Shown here one piece after another: positions 1-7,928 of a stretch of 33,537 bases of DNA (position 1 is the first letter of the stretch; each line of letters starts with the position of its first letter). The stretch is taken from assembly GCA_035654035.1 (NCBI GenBank), contig DASRXY010000061.1:1-33537 (forward strand). Direction: 5' to 3'. The notes beneath the pieces were generated by a model, which was not told where the DNA came from, made no database searches, and worked only from the letters and a program-made list of their open reading frames with translations. A program made the translations under genes and the position numbers. The DNA comes from Sphingobium sp. Lineage in GTDB: Bacteria; Pseudomonadota; Alphaproteobacteria; Sphingomonadales; Sphingomonadaceae.

Positions 1-125
1 CGGCGAACGCCGCCGTCATCTGGATCGCCAATGCGGCGCTGGCCGCGCTCACCGGTTTTGCGGTGGGGCTGGCGGTGACGGGCGGTGTCCACCTCGTCCA
101 GACGGCACGCGGCAAGGGGCACTGA
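1..125 (+). CDS. 3' end of a membrane protein, probably DUF808 family (partial)
   Basis: Frame from position 3 reads ANAAVIWIANAALAALTGFAVGLAVTGGVHLVQTARGKGH* (TGA 123-125). This is a hydrophobic C-terminal helix resembling DUF808/YedI C-termini. Confidence 0.55.
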   Translation, partial: ANAAVIWIANAALAALTGFAVGLAVTGGVHLVQTARGKGH

Positions 126-156
126 GGGGAGAGCGGACCGATCCGTCTTTCCTCTC
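124..156 (+). terminator. Hairpin after the partial gene, possible terminator
   Basis: GAGGGGAGAGCGGA-CCGA-TCCGTCTTTCCTCTC imperfect stem directly at the stop codon; weak U-tract. Confidence 0.4.
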
Positions 157-228
157 TACACCTGTTTGGTGCTTTAGGCGCGTGGAGCGCCCTTCCCCGC
201 GCGCTGAAGAACAACGCGATTAAAGTAA

Positions 229-312
229 CCTCGTGCTCCCGCATAGGCAGGCGTCCAGAGCCCAGCCGCAGTCCGCGCTGCCCTGGGCTCCTGCCTGCGC
301 AGGAGCACGAGG
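229..312. repeat. REP-like palindromic doublet
   Basis: CCTCGTGCTCCCGCATAGGCAGGCGTCCAG (229-258) is an imperfect inverted copy of CTGGGCTCCTGCCTGCGCAGGAGCACGAGG (283-312). Each arm is itself a small hairpin. It lies between convergent genes. Confidence 0.8.
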
Positions 313-330
313 GATATTCTTCGCGTTAGC

Positions 331-672
331 TCAGTCCACATCGTCGGGCAGGCAACCGAAGCCGGGTTTGAACGTCGCCTTGCGCCGCGCCAGCAGCGGC
401 ACCCAGCCTTCCACCGCGCGTGCGTCCTGATCGTCGGTGAGGCGGACGAGCCCCATGCCTTCCAGTCCCTTGAAGTCGCCCTTGCAGCTTTCCAGCGAAC
501 GTCCATCGATATAGCGGCAGCCACAGGCGATGCGCGCGCCAAAACCCGTCGCGACCTGGGCCCGCTGCTGCCAGCGCGGCCAGTGCACCGCGAGGTAGAG
601 AATCGCGAGCATCGCCAGCGCAGCAAGCGCCCAGCGCTGCCACCCCTTCGCCAGAAATCCGCGCTTCGCCAT
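331..672 (-). CDS. Membrane-anchored hypothetical protein with Cys motif, resembling the N-terminal module of some beta-lactamase-family serine hydrolases
   Basis: 113 aa; N-terminal TM helix; ATGFGARIACGCRYIDGRSLESC and C-terminal PGFGC motifs. Confidence 0.8.
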   Translation of the reverse strand: MAKRGFLAKGWQRWALAALAMLAILYLAVHWPRWQQRAQVATGFGARIACGCRYIDGRSLESCKGDFKGLEGMGLVRLTDDQDARAVEGWVPLLARRKATFKPGFGCLPDDVD

Positions 673-715
673 CGCCGTTCCACTTTACCCGCGCGGCGTG
701 ATAGGGCGAGCGACA

Positions 716-1840
716 ATGAAGATCAAAAGTCTTTCCCTGGCCGTGGCAGGCGGCGCAGCGCTGCTGGTGCTGGGTGGCCACGCCCTGTCGCGCGATGAGG
801 CACCCGGCGCGGCCGATTATGCCCTTTTGCGCCACGACGCAGCCATCACACCCCAAGCGCTGCGAGCCGCCATCGATCCCCTCTTCGACGATACCGCCAC
901 ACCCGCCATCGGTGAGACGCGGGCGCTGCTGGTGCTGCATGACGGCAAGTTGATCGCGGAACGTTATGCGCCAGGCTTCGGGCCGCAGACGCGCATGCTG
1001 AGCTGGTCGCTCGCCAAGACAGTGACGGGGCTGCTGGTGGGCATCATGGTCGGTGACGGTCGGCTGGCGCTGGATGACCCCGCGCCGGTCGCCGCGTGGC
1101 GACAGCCGGGCGATCCGCGCGCCGCGATCACGCTGCGCCACCTCATGCAGATGCGCGCGGGCCTTGCCCATGTCGAATTGGGCCAGCCGCGCGAGAAGGC
1201 GGACGCGTTGCGCATGCTTGTGGGCTCCGGTGCGGCGGACCAGGCCGGCTATGCACAGGCCAAGCCGCTCGTCCATACGCCGGGTGCACGCTTCAACTAC
1301 AGCAGCGCCACCAGCACGATCCTCTCCGCCATCGTCACCGACCTGCTGACGCCGAGCCGCGATCCGGCGGTGCGGCGCGAGGCCATGGCGCAGTTCATGA
1401 AGGCGCGGCTCATCGAACCCGTGGGGCTCACCAGCCTGTTCGCCGAATATGACGCCGCCGGTACGATGCTGGGCGGCACCATGCTGCACATGACTGCACG
1501 CGATTACGCCAAGATCGGCGAGTTGCTGCGCAATCGCGGGCGCGCCGGTGGAGTGCAACTCGTGCCGGAGCGCTGGATTGCCTTTATGACCAGCCCCTCG
1601 CCCGCCAATCCGGCTTATGGCGGCCAGCTCTGGCTTAATCGCGTCGGCCGCCCCAACGACCTCTTCCCCGGCGAGGCACCGGCCAGCCTGTTCGGCGCGG
1701 TCGGTTATGGCGGCCAGTATATCCTCGTTTCGCCCGAGCAGCGACTTACCATCGTGCGGCTGGGTCTCACCAGCGAGGCGGACGTGCCAGCCCTGCGCCA
1801 TGCGCTCGCGCGGCTGGTGCGAGCCATGCCGGCGCGCTGA
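716..1840 (+). CDS. Beta-lactamase-family (class C-like) serine hydrolase, exported
   Basis: Signal peptide MKIKSLSLAVAGG; SxxK motif (SWSLAK); FNYSS; GYGGQ near the C-terminus. Start chosen at ATG 716. Confidence 0.9.
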   Translation: MKIKSLSLAVAGGAALLVLGGHALSRDEAPGAADYALLRHDAAITPQALRAAIDPLFDDTATPAIGETRALLVLHDGKLIAERYAPGFGPQTRMLSWSLAKTVTGLLVGIMVGDGRLALDDPAPVAAWRQPGDPRAAITLRHLMQMRAGLAHVELGQPREKADALRMLVGSGAADQAGYAQAKPLVHTPGARFNYSSATSTILSAIVTDLLTPSRDPAVRREAMAQFMKARLIEPVGLTSLFAEYDAAGTMLGGTMLHMTARDYAKIGELLRNRGRAGGVQLVPERWIAFMTSPSPANPAYGGQLWLNRVGRPNDLFPGEAPASLFGAVGYGGQYILVSPEQRLTIVRLGLTSEADVPALRHALARLVRAMPAR

Positions 1841-1886
1841 ACGGAATTCGCGGCGTCGCCTGCAGCGGCGTCGCGGCGCTTCTTGC

Positions 1887-2858
1887 TTATCTCTCTTCTG
1901 CTCGCAGTGCAGCGAGCACTTCCTGCGCGGGCAGTTCGGCAAGCGGATCGTCACTATCGACCTGACCTGCCGGATCGGGATGGATAAACACTTCCAGCCC
2001 CGGAAATTCCGCCTGGAGCCGTGCTTCCATCGCTTCCATCACATCATGGACCTGCGCAATGGTCATGGCCGGATCGACCCAGATGTGGAACTGCACGAAG
2101 TCATCCGATCCGCTGGTACGGGTGCGCAGGTCGTGAATACCCCGCAACTCCGGGTGACGGGCGGCGACGGTTAGGAACTGCTCGCGCTTCTCCAGCGGCC
2201 ACTCACGGTCCATGAGCTGGTCGATGGCATGGCTGGCCGTGGACCACGCACTCCAGCCCAGCCACAGGCCAATGGCAAGGCCGAACAGCGCGTCGACGCC
2301 ATGCCAATGCAGATAGACATCCAGCACCAGCGCCAGGATGACGGAGCCATTGAGGGCAAGGTCGCTCTTATAGTGGAGATTATCCGCCCGAATCGCGACC
2401 GAGCGCGTCTGGCGGATGACATGGGCCTGATAGGCGAGGAGCGCGAGCGTGAACCCAATTGCGATCAGCGAGACGGCAATGCCATATTCCGCACCGGTCG
2501 GCTCCGCTCCGCCGCCGAAGCGGCCAATTGACCGAGCGACGATGCCGAAGGCGGCGATGCTGATGAGCCCCACTTGGAAAAGCGCAGCCAGCGCCTCGGC
2601 CTTGCCATGGCCGAAGCGGTGAGAAAAGTCGGCCGGCCGAGCGGCAATACGTACGGCAAAGAGCGTCACCAGGCTGGCAACGAGATCGAGCCCGGTGTCG
2701 GCGAGCGACCCTAGCATGGCGACGGACCCTGTGCGCCAGGCCGCATAGCTCTTGAGCAGACCAAGGAGTAGCGCGACTCCGGTGCTGGCCAGCGCCGCGC
2801 GACTGGTGAGCACGCCGGGAAGGACGGGCGGCTCCGGCGCGGGCGTGGCCGCACTCAC
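1887..2858 (-). CDS. Cation diffusion facilitator transporter (FieF/YiiP-like)
   Basis: SLADTGLD, HRFGHGKAE, HYKSD and IHDLRTR motifs, C-terminal IHPDP; GTG start overlaps the pdxH stop. Confidence 0.93.
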   Translation of the reverse strand: MSAATPAPEPPVLPGVLTSRAALASTGVALLLGLLKSYAAWRTGSVAMLGSLADTGLDLVASLVTLFAVRIAARPADFSHRFGHGKAEALAALFQVGLISIAAFGIVARSIGRFGGGAEPTGAEYGIAVSLIAIGFTLALLAYQAHVIRQTRSVAIRADNLHYKSDLALNGSVILALVLDVYLHWHGVDALFGLAIGLWLGWSAWSTASHAIDQLMDREWPLEKREQFLTVAARHPELRGIHDLRTRTSGSDDFVQFHIWVDPAMTIAQVHDVMEAMEARLQAEFPGLEVFIHPDPAGQVDSDDPLAELPAQEVLAALRAEER

Positions 2859-3481
2859 GGATAGAGCATGGCCGAGCGCCAGCCGCCGACACCGTCGGCC
2901 TCGTAGCGGGTGCGCTCATGCAGGCGATATGGGCGGTCCAGCCAGAATTCGATGGCGCGCGGCGTCACGCGGAAGCCCGACCAGTGGGGCGGGCGCGGCA
3001 CGGCCTGCCCCTCGTAGCGGGCCGCAACCTCGGCAAAGCGAGCCTCGAAAGTGGCGCGGTCAGGCAGCGGGCGCGACTGGTCGCTGGCCCAGGCACCGAG
3101 CTGCGAATCGCGCGAGCGAGTCGCGAAATAGGCGTCCGCCGTTGCGGCATCGACGGGGCTGGCGGTGCCCTCGATGCGGATCTGGCGGCGCAGCGACTTC
3201 CAGTGGAAGAGCAGCGCGACATTGGGATTGGCGAGAATGTCGCCGGCCTTGCGACCCTCGAAATTAGTGTAGAAGACAAAACCCTCCGGCCCATGGCCCT
3301 TGAGCAGCACCATGCGGACCGAAGGCCGGCCCTGTGCATCCGCCGTGGCGAGCGCCATGGCATTGGCGTCATTGGGTTCGCTCGCCCGCGCCTCCCGATA
3401 CCAGGCCTCGAACAGCGCGAAGGGGTCGTCCGTCGTGGTGGTCACTGCGGGCGTGGCGGCGAGAGGAAGCGGCTCGGTCAT
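2855..3481 (-). CDS. pdxH: Pyridoxamine 5'-phosphate oxidase
   Basis: DPFALF, RMVLLK, FYTN, YFATRSRDSQLGAWASDQS, IEFW, RLHER and terminal LYP; start ATG 3481. Confidence 0.96.
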   Translation of the reverse strand: MTEPLPLAATPAVTTTTDDPFALFEAWYREARASEPNDANAMALATADAQGRPSVRMVLLKGHGPEGFVFYTNFEGRKAGDILANPNVALLFHWKSLRRQIRIEGTASPVDAATADAYFATRSRDSQLGAWASDQSRPLPDRATFEARFAEVAARYEGQAVPRPPHWSGFRVTPRAIEFWLDRPYRLHERTRYEADGVGGWRSAMLYP

Positions 3482-3625
3482 GGCGCATTCCCTACGCCGC
3501 ACGCGCGACTCTGTCGAGCAGGCGGCACGCGACCTACTTGCGGCGAGCCCCCCGAATTGCCAGATGAATGGGAGCGCGCGGCCGGCGCCCGCGCAGGCAA
3601 GCGGAACGGATGGTACGAAGACTTC

Positions 3626-4564
3626 ATGGCTGATCCCTATTCGACACTGGGCGTCGCGCGCGGCGCGGACGAGGCGGCGATCAAGTCCGCCTATCGCAAG
3701 CTCGCCAAACAGCTCCACCCCGACCGCAACAAGGACAATCCCAAGGCCGCCGAGCGCTTCGCCGAGGTGACGCGCGCCTATGACCTGCTCTCGGACAAGG
3801 ACAAGCGCGCCAAGTTCGACCGCGGCGAGATCGACGCGGACGGCAATCCCACGCATCCCTTCGGCTTCGGCGGCCCCGGCGGGGGCGGGCATACCTATAC
3901 GCGCAGCGGCGGTGGCGCGGGCCCGAGCGATTTCGACTTCGGCAATGGCGGTGCGGACTTCGGCGATATTTTCGAGGGGTTGTTCGGCGGCGGGCGGCGC
4001 GGCGGCGGCTTTCAGGGCTTCGGCGGTCGGAGCGCACCGCCCCAGCGCGGCGCCAATGTGAGCTACCGGCTGGCGGTTTCCTTCATCGACGCCGCCACCT
4101 TGGCGCCCCAGCGCATCACGCTGGCGGACGGCAAAACCATCGATCTCAAGCTCCCCCCTGGGGTAGACAGCGGCACGCAGATGAAGCTCGCCGGCAAGGG
4201 CCAGCCCGGCCCCGGTGGCGCCGGCGATGCGCTCGTCACCATCGAGGTGGGCACGCACCCCTTCTACACGCGCGACGGCGACAATGTGCGGCTTGATCTG
4301 CCGGTAAGCCTTGTCGAGGCGGTGCAGGGCGCCAAGATCAAGGTGCCGACCGTGGACGGCCCGGTGATGCTCGCTATTCCCGCCGGTGCACGCTCGGGCC
4401 AGACACTGCGTCTCAAGGGCAAGGGCTTCTCGAAAAAGAGCGGCGGCCGGGGCGACCAGCTCGTTACGCTACAGATCGACATTCCCGCCAACGATGCGGC
4501 GCTGCGGCGCTTTGCCGAGGAGTGGAGCGACGATCGGCCGATTCGCGCCGCGCTGGGTGTCTGA
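3626..4564 (+). CDS. Class B DnaJ co-chaperone (CbpA-like, no zinc finger)
   Basis: MADPYSTLGV J-domain with HPD, G/F-rich linker, DnaJ C-terminal domain, no CxxCxGxG repeats. Confidence 0.93.
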   Translation: MADPYSTLGVARGADEAAIKSAYRKLAKQLHPDRNKDNPKAAERFAEVTRAYDLLSDKDKRAKFDRGEIDADGNPTHPFGFGGPGGGGHTYTRSGGGAGPSDFDFGNGGADFGDIFEGLFGGGRRGGGFQGFGGRSAPPQRGANVSYRLAVSFIDAATLAPQRITLADGKTIDLKLPPGVDSGTQMKLAGKGQPGPGGAGDALVTIEVGTHPFYTRDGDNVRLDLPVSLVEAVQGAKIKVPTVDGPVMLAIPAGARSGQTLRLKGKGFSKKSGGRGDQLVTLQIDIPANDAALRRFAEEWSDDRPIRAALGV

Positions 4565-4721
4565 GGGCGATTCAACTGGGATAGCGTCTGGCTTCCGCCA
4601 AGGCAGGCGCACAGGGCCCAACAGCCCTGCCAGACCGCCCTGAGCTCCTGCTTTCATGGAGGTCCGAGGTTGGTCCAATCGAATGGACCAAACCCGCAGC
4701 GCACGGAGCGACGGCTCGGGT

Positions 4722-4746
4722 GGAACCGGACGCTGTCTGTTCCGTT
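4722..4746 (+). promoter_or_regulatory. Sigma-EcfG (general stress response) promoter
   Basis: GGAAC (4722-4726)-N16-CGTT (4743-4746), an exact match to the alphaproteobacterial EcfG/SigT consensus, ~115 nt upstream of the Nudix-DUF47 gene. Confidence 0.6.
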
Positions 4747-4799
4747 CCCGGCCAAGACATGCCTCCCATGTGCCCGTAACATCGCCCTGGCGCTTGAGT

Positions 4800-4817
4800 T
4801 CGTCACGAAAGTGTAAC
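4800..4817 (+). promoter_or_regulatory. Pho-box-like direct repeat
   Basis: TCGTCAC-GAAA-GTGTAAC, 11-bp period, resembling CTGTCAT-N4-CTGTCAT, upstream of a DUF47-pit operon. Confidence 0.5.
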
Positions 4818-4861
4818 AAAGCGGCCCGCATCGGTTTCGGGGAACCGGCTGGAGGACCACG

Positions 4862-5989
4862 ATTAGACAGATTGCCGCCTTGCCCTACCGCGCCATTGGC
4901 GACGGCGCGGATGCGTCGATCCAGATCCTGCTCATCACCTCGCGCGAGAGCCGGCGCTGGGTGATCCCCAAGGGGAATCTGGCGCCCGGCGTCGCCCCGC
5001 ACATGGGCGCTGCGTCCGAGGCGGAGGAGGAGGCCGGGGTGGTCGGCCCTGTCTGCCCCACCGCGCTCGGCTCCTATCGCTATCGCAAGAGGCGCCGTAA
5101 CGGCGCCTCGCTGATGGTGGACGTGGAGGTTTTCCCCCTTGCCGTCAGCCGCGAGCTGGATGGGTGGAAGGAAGCGCATGAGCGCCAGCGGCGCTGGTTC
5201 AGCCTTGCCGGCGCAGCCGAAGCGGTGGAGGAGCCGGACCTGCGCGAATTGATCCGCTCCTTCGTGGCGAGTGAATTCCGCGTGGCGGCCCGGCGCGACA
5301 CCATCCTCAGCACCGTCGCCAACAAATCGGGGATAAATCGCATGTTCGGCTGGTTCCATCGCCTGCTCCCCAAGCAGGGTAATTTCTTCGAGCTGTTCGA
5401 GGCGCATATGCAGACGGTGGTGGCCGGTGCGGATGCGCTCTCCCGCCTGGTGCTGGATGGCGACGAGCAGCGCGCCGACCATATCGTGGAAGTGGCCGAG
5501 CGCGAGCAGGACGCCGACGAGATCATCCGCGAAGTGCTGCGTACAGTGCGCCAGACTTTCCTTACCCCCTTCGACCGCAGCGCGATCACGCGCCTCGTCG
5601 GTTCGATGGACGACGCCATCGACGAGATGCACAGCGCCGCCTCCGCCGTGGACCTCTACGATTTCTCCGCCTTTGACGCCGAGATGAAGGACATGGTGGC
5701 GATCATCGTGGATGGCACGCGCGTGCTGGCCGAGGCGATCCCGCTGCTGCGCGATGTCGCGGGCAACGCCAAGCGCCTCCACGAACTGACCGAGCGGCTG
5801 GTGCGTATGGAGGGTCATGCCGACCGCATCCATGACCAAGGCCTCAAGCGCGCCTTCAAGGAACTGGCGCCCACCGATTCGCTGGGCTTTGCCGTGCGGC
5901 GCGAGATCTACAAGCATCTGGAGCGCATCGTCGACGCGCTGGAAGATGTCGCCAACGAGATCGACGGCATCGTGATCGACCACGCCTGA
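4862..5989 (+). CDS. Nudix hydrolase-DUF47 (PhoU-like Pit accessory protein) fusion
   Basis: N-terminal (I)RQIAALPYR...LLITSRESRRWVIPKG...EAEEEAGV Nudix domain; from Met at 5342 a DUF47 domain (FFELF, E..ADEI, TFLTPFDR, MDDAID, EGHAD, EDVANEI). Proposed ATT start 6 nt after GGAGG; the ORF track starts at TTG 4880. Confidence 0.9.
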   Translation: MRQIAALPYRAIGDGADASIQILLITSRESRRWVIPKGNLAPGVAPHMGAASEAEEEAGVVGPVCPTALGSYRYRKRRRNGASLMVDVEVFPLAVSRELDGWKEAHERQRRWFSLAGAAEAVEEPDLRELIRSFVASEFRVAARRDTILSTVANKSGINRMFGWFHRLLPKQGNFFELFEAHMQTVVAGADALSRLVLDGDEQRADHIVEVAEREQDADEIIREVLRTVRQTFLTPFDRSAITRLVGSMDDAIDEMHSAASAVDLYDFSAFDAEMKDMVAIIVDGTRVLAEAIPLLRDVAGNAKRLHELTERLVRMEGHADRIHDQGLKRAFKELAPTDSLGFAVRREIYKHLERIVDALEDVANEIDGIVIDHA

Positions 5990-5998
5990 TCGCTGCAT

Positions 5999-7012
5999 AT
6001 GCACGACCTCGCTCTCCCGCTGCTCATCGGCCTCATCGCGGTCGCGCTGGCGTTCGATTTCCTCAATGGCTTGCACGATGCGGCCAATTCCATCGCAACC
6101 GTGGTGGCGACGCGGCTGCTGGGCCCCGTGATGGCGGTGGGCTTTGCCGCCTTCTTCAATTTCGCCGCCTATTTCCTGACCCTCGTCTTCCCGAGCCTGC
6201 ACAAGGTGGCCGAGACGATCGGCGCAGGTCTCATCGACCAGGAACTGGTGACGCCGGCAGTTATTTTCGGCGCGCTGATCGGCGCGATGTTCTGGAACAT
6301 CGTTACCTGGTACAAGGGCATCCCCTCGTCGAGCAGCCACGCGCTGGTGGGCGGCCTGGTGGGCGCGGGCGTAGCCCATGCCGGCGTCGGCTCCATCCAA
6401 TGGACCGGCCTCAACATGACGCTGGTGGCCATCGTGCTTTCGCCGATGCTGGGCATGTTCCTCTCCATGCTGGTCATGCTGGTGACGAGTTGGCTGTTCC
6501 GTAAAGCCAGTTCTCGCGGGGCCGAGCGCAGCTTCCGCACGCTCCATCTGATCTCCTCCGCTGCTTATTCGCTGAGCCACGGCCTCAACGACGCGCAGAA
6601 GACCATGGGCATCATCACCGTGCTGCTCTATTCCACCGGCTATCTCGGCGGCGATTTCCATGTGCCACACTGGGTCGCCATTTCCTGCTACCTCGCGATT
6701 GCGCTCGGCACGATGACGGGCGGCTGGAAGATCATCGAGACGATGGGCTCGCGCATCACCAAGCTGTCGCAGCATCAGGGCTTCAGCGCTTCGACCGGCG
6801 GCTCGATCGTGGTCTTCTGCGCCTCGCTGCTGGGCATCCCGGTGTCGACCACGCACACCATCACCGGCTGCGTGATCGGCGCAGGCACGGCGCGGCGTGC
6901 CTCAGCGGTGCGCTGGGGCGTGGCGCAGAACGTGATGATGGCGTGGATCATCACCATCCCCGCCTCGGCAGCAGTCGGCGCGCTGTTTTATCTTCTGACC
7001 CGGCTGTTCTAG
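5999..7012 (+). CDS. pit: Inorganic phosphate transporter, PiT family
   Basis: NGLHDAANSIAT and HGLNDAQKTMG signatures, GIPSSSSHAL, PVSTTH; multi-TM. Confidence 0.95.
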   Translation: MHDLALPLLIGLIAVALAFDFLNGLHDAANSIATVVATRLLGPVMAVGFAAFFNFAAYFLTLVFPSLHKVAETIGAGLIDQELVTPAVIFGALIGAMFWNIVTWYKGIPSSSSHALVGGLVGAGVAHAGVGSIQWTGLNMTLVAIVLSPMLGMFLSMLVMLVTSWLFRKASSRGAERSFRTLHLISSAAYSLSHGLNDAQKTMGIITVLLYSTGYLGGDFHVPHWVAISCYLAIALGTMTGGWKIIETMGSRITKLSQHQGFSASTGGSIVVFCASLLGIPVSTTHTITGCVIGAGTARRASAVRWGVAQNVMMAWIITIPASAAVGALFYLLTRLF

Positions 7013-7039
7013 GGCCGGCCTCGACCCGCGTGACACTTG

Positions 7040-7068
7040 CTGTCACAAAAGTGACGCAGGAATTTCAT
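7040..7068 (+). promoter_or_regulatory. Tandem Pho-box-like half-sites
   Basis: CTGTCAC-AAAA-GTGACGC-AGGA-ATTTCAT: three units at an 11-bp period, 38 nt upstream of the DUF2490 ATG. Confidence 0.55.
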
Positions 7069-7105
7069 AATCGCCCGCTCGACGCAATTCGAGGCTCCCC
7101 CTTTC

Positions 7106-7786
7106 ATGACCCACCGTTTCCTTCCGCTCGCTGCTGCGAGCCTGCTTGCCCTACCCGCAACGGCGCCGGCCACGACGCACGACGCGCAACTTTGGCTTTC
7201 CGGTGGCGCCACCGTCGATCTGGGCGGCGGCTTCAAGCTCTCCGAAGAAATGGTCGCGCGCTTCGGCGACGCCCAAAAGGGCCTCTACGAGATCGAGAAC
7301 AGCCTGCTGCTCGGCTACAAGCTGAGCGACAAGGTGACGCTCTGGGCGGGCTATACCCATGATCCGCTTTACGCAGCCGGGCGTTTCATTCGCATGGAAC
7401 GCCGCGCGCGCGAGCAGGTGACGGCCGACAATATCGCCAGCATCGGCCCCGGAACGCTCAGTGTGCGTCTGCGCGCCGAGCAGCGCTGGCGCGATGGTTT
7501 CGGCGGCACAGCGTGGCGGTTGCGGCCTTATGTGCGCTATCAATTGCCGCTGAGCGAGACTGGCAAGACCACGCTGACGTTGGCCCATGAGAGCTTCGTC
7601 AATCTCAACCACACCGGTTTCCAGACGGAGGGCTACGATCGGATGCGCAACAGTATAGCAGTGAAGTTCCCGCTCGTCGGACCGCTGAGTGCCGAGGTTG
7701 GCTATCTCAATCAATATGGCATCGTGCGCGGTGGCCGCGACAAGATGGACCATGCCGCGACAATGGGCCTCAGCCTCTCCTTCTGA
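7106..7786 (+). CDS. DUF2490-family outer-membrane beta-barrel protein
   Basis: Signal peptide; RLRAEQRW, WRLR, E.FVNLN, DRMRN and EVGYLNQY motifs; C-terminal Phe (GLSLSF). Confidence 0.85.
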   Translation: MTHRFLPLAAASLLALPATAPATTHDAQLWLSGGATVDLGGGFKLSEEMVARFGDAQKGLYEIENSLLLGYKLSDKVTLWAGYTHDPLYAAGRFIRMERRAREQVTADNIASIGPGTLSVRLRAEQRWRDGFGGTAWRLRPYVRYQLPLSETGKTTLTLAHESFVNLNHTGFQTEGYDRMRNSIAVKFPLVGPLSAEVGYLNQYGIVRGGRDKMDHAATMGLSLSF

Positions 7787-7928
7787 CGGCGCCGGCGAGG
7801 CCAACGGTCCAGGCACACGCGCCCTCGTGACAGACGCCGCTTTTTCCCTGTAACCAGCTCCCGGCCCGGAGCGTCGAGCCGGTACGGACAAGCCGGACAC
7901 GCCCGCGCACAGGGAGGGAGAGAGTGCA

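Noticed and set aside
326..1954. 542-aa minus-strand ORF
   Set aside because: Antisense to the serine hydrolase and out of frame with the real 331-672 gene; no motifs.
3537..3566. Possible RpoH promoter for the DnaJ-like gene (CTTG-N19-CCAGAT)
   Set aside because: Spacing and -10 match are imperfect; cannot be distinguished from chance.
2918..3625. Long N-terminal extensions of the DnaJ-like and PdxH ORFs, suggesting overlapping genes
   Set aside because: Family homology starts at ATG 3626 (+) and ATG 3481 (-); the extensions are open-frame artefacts.
4469..6856. 795-aa minus-strand ORF
   Set aside because: Antisense shadow of Nudix-DUF47 and pit.
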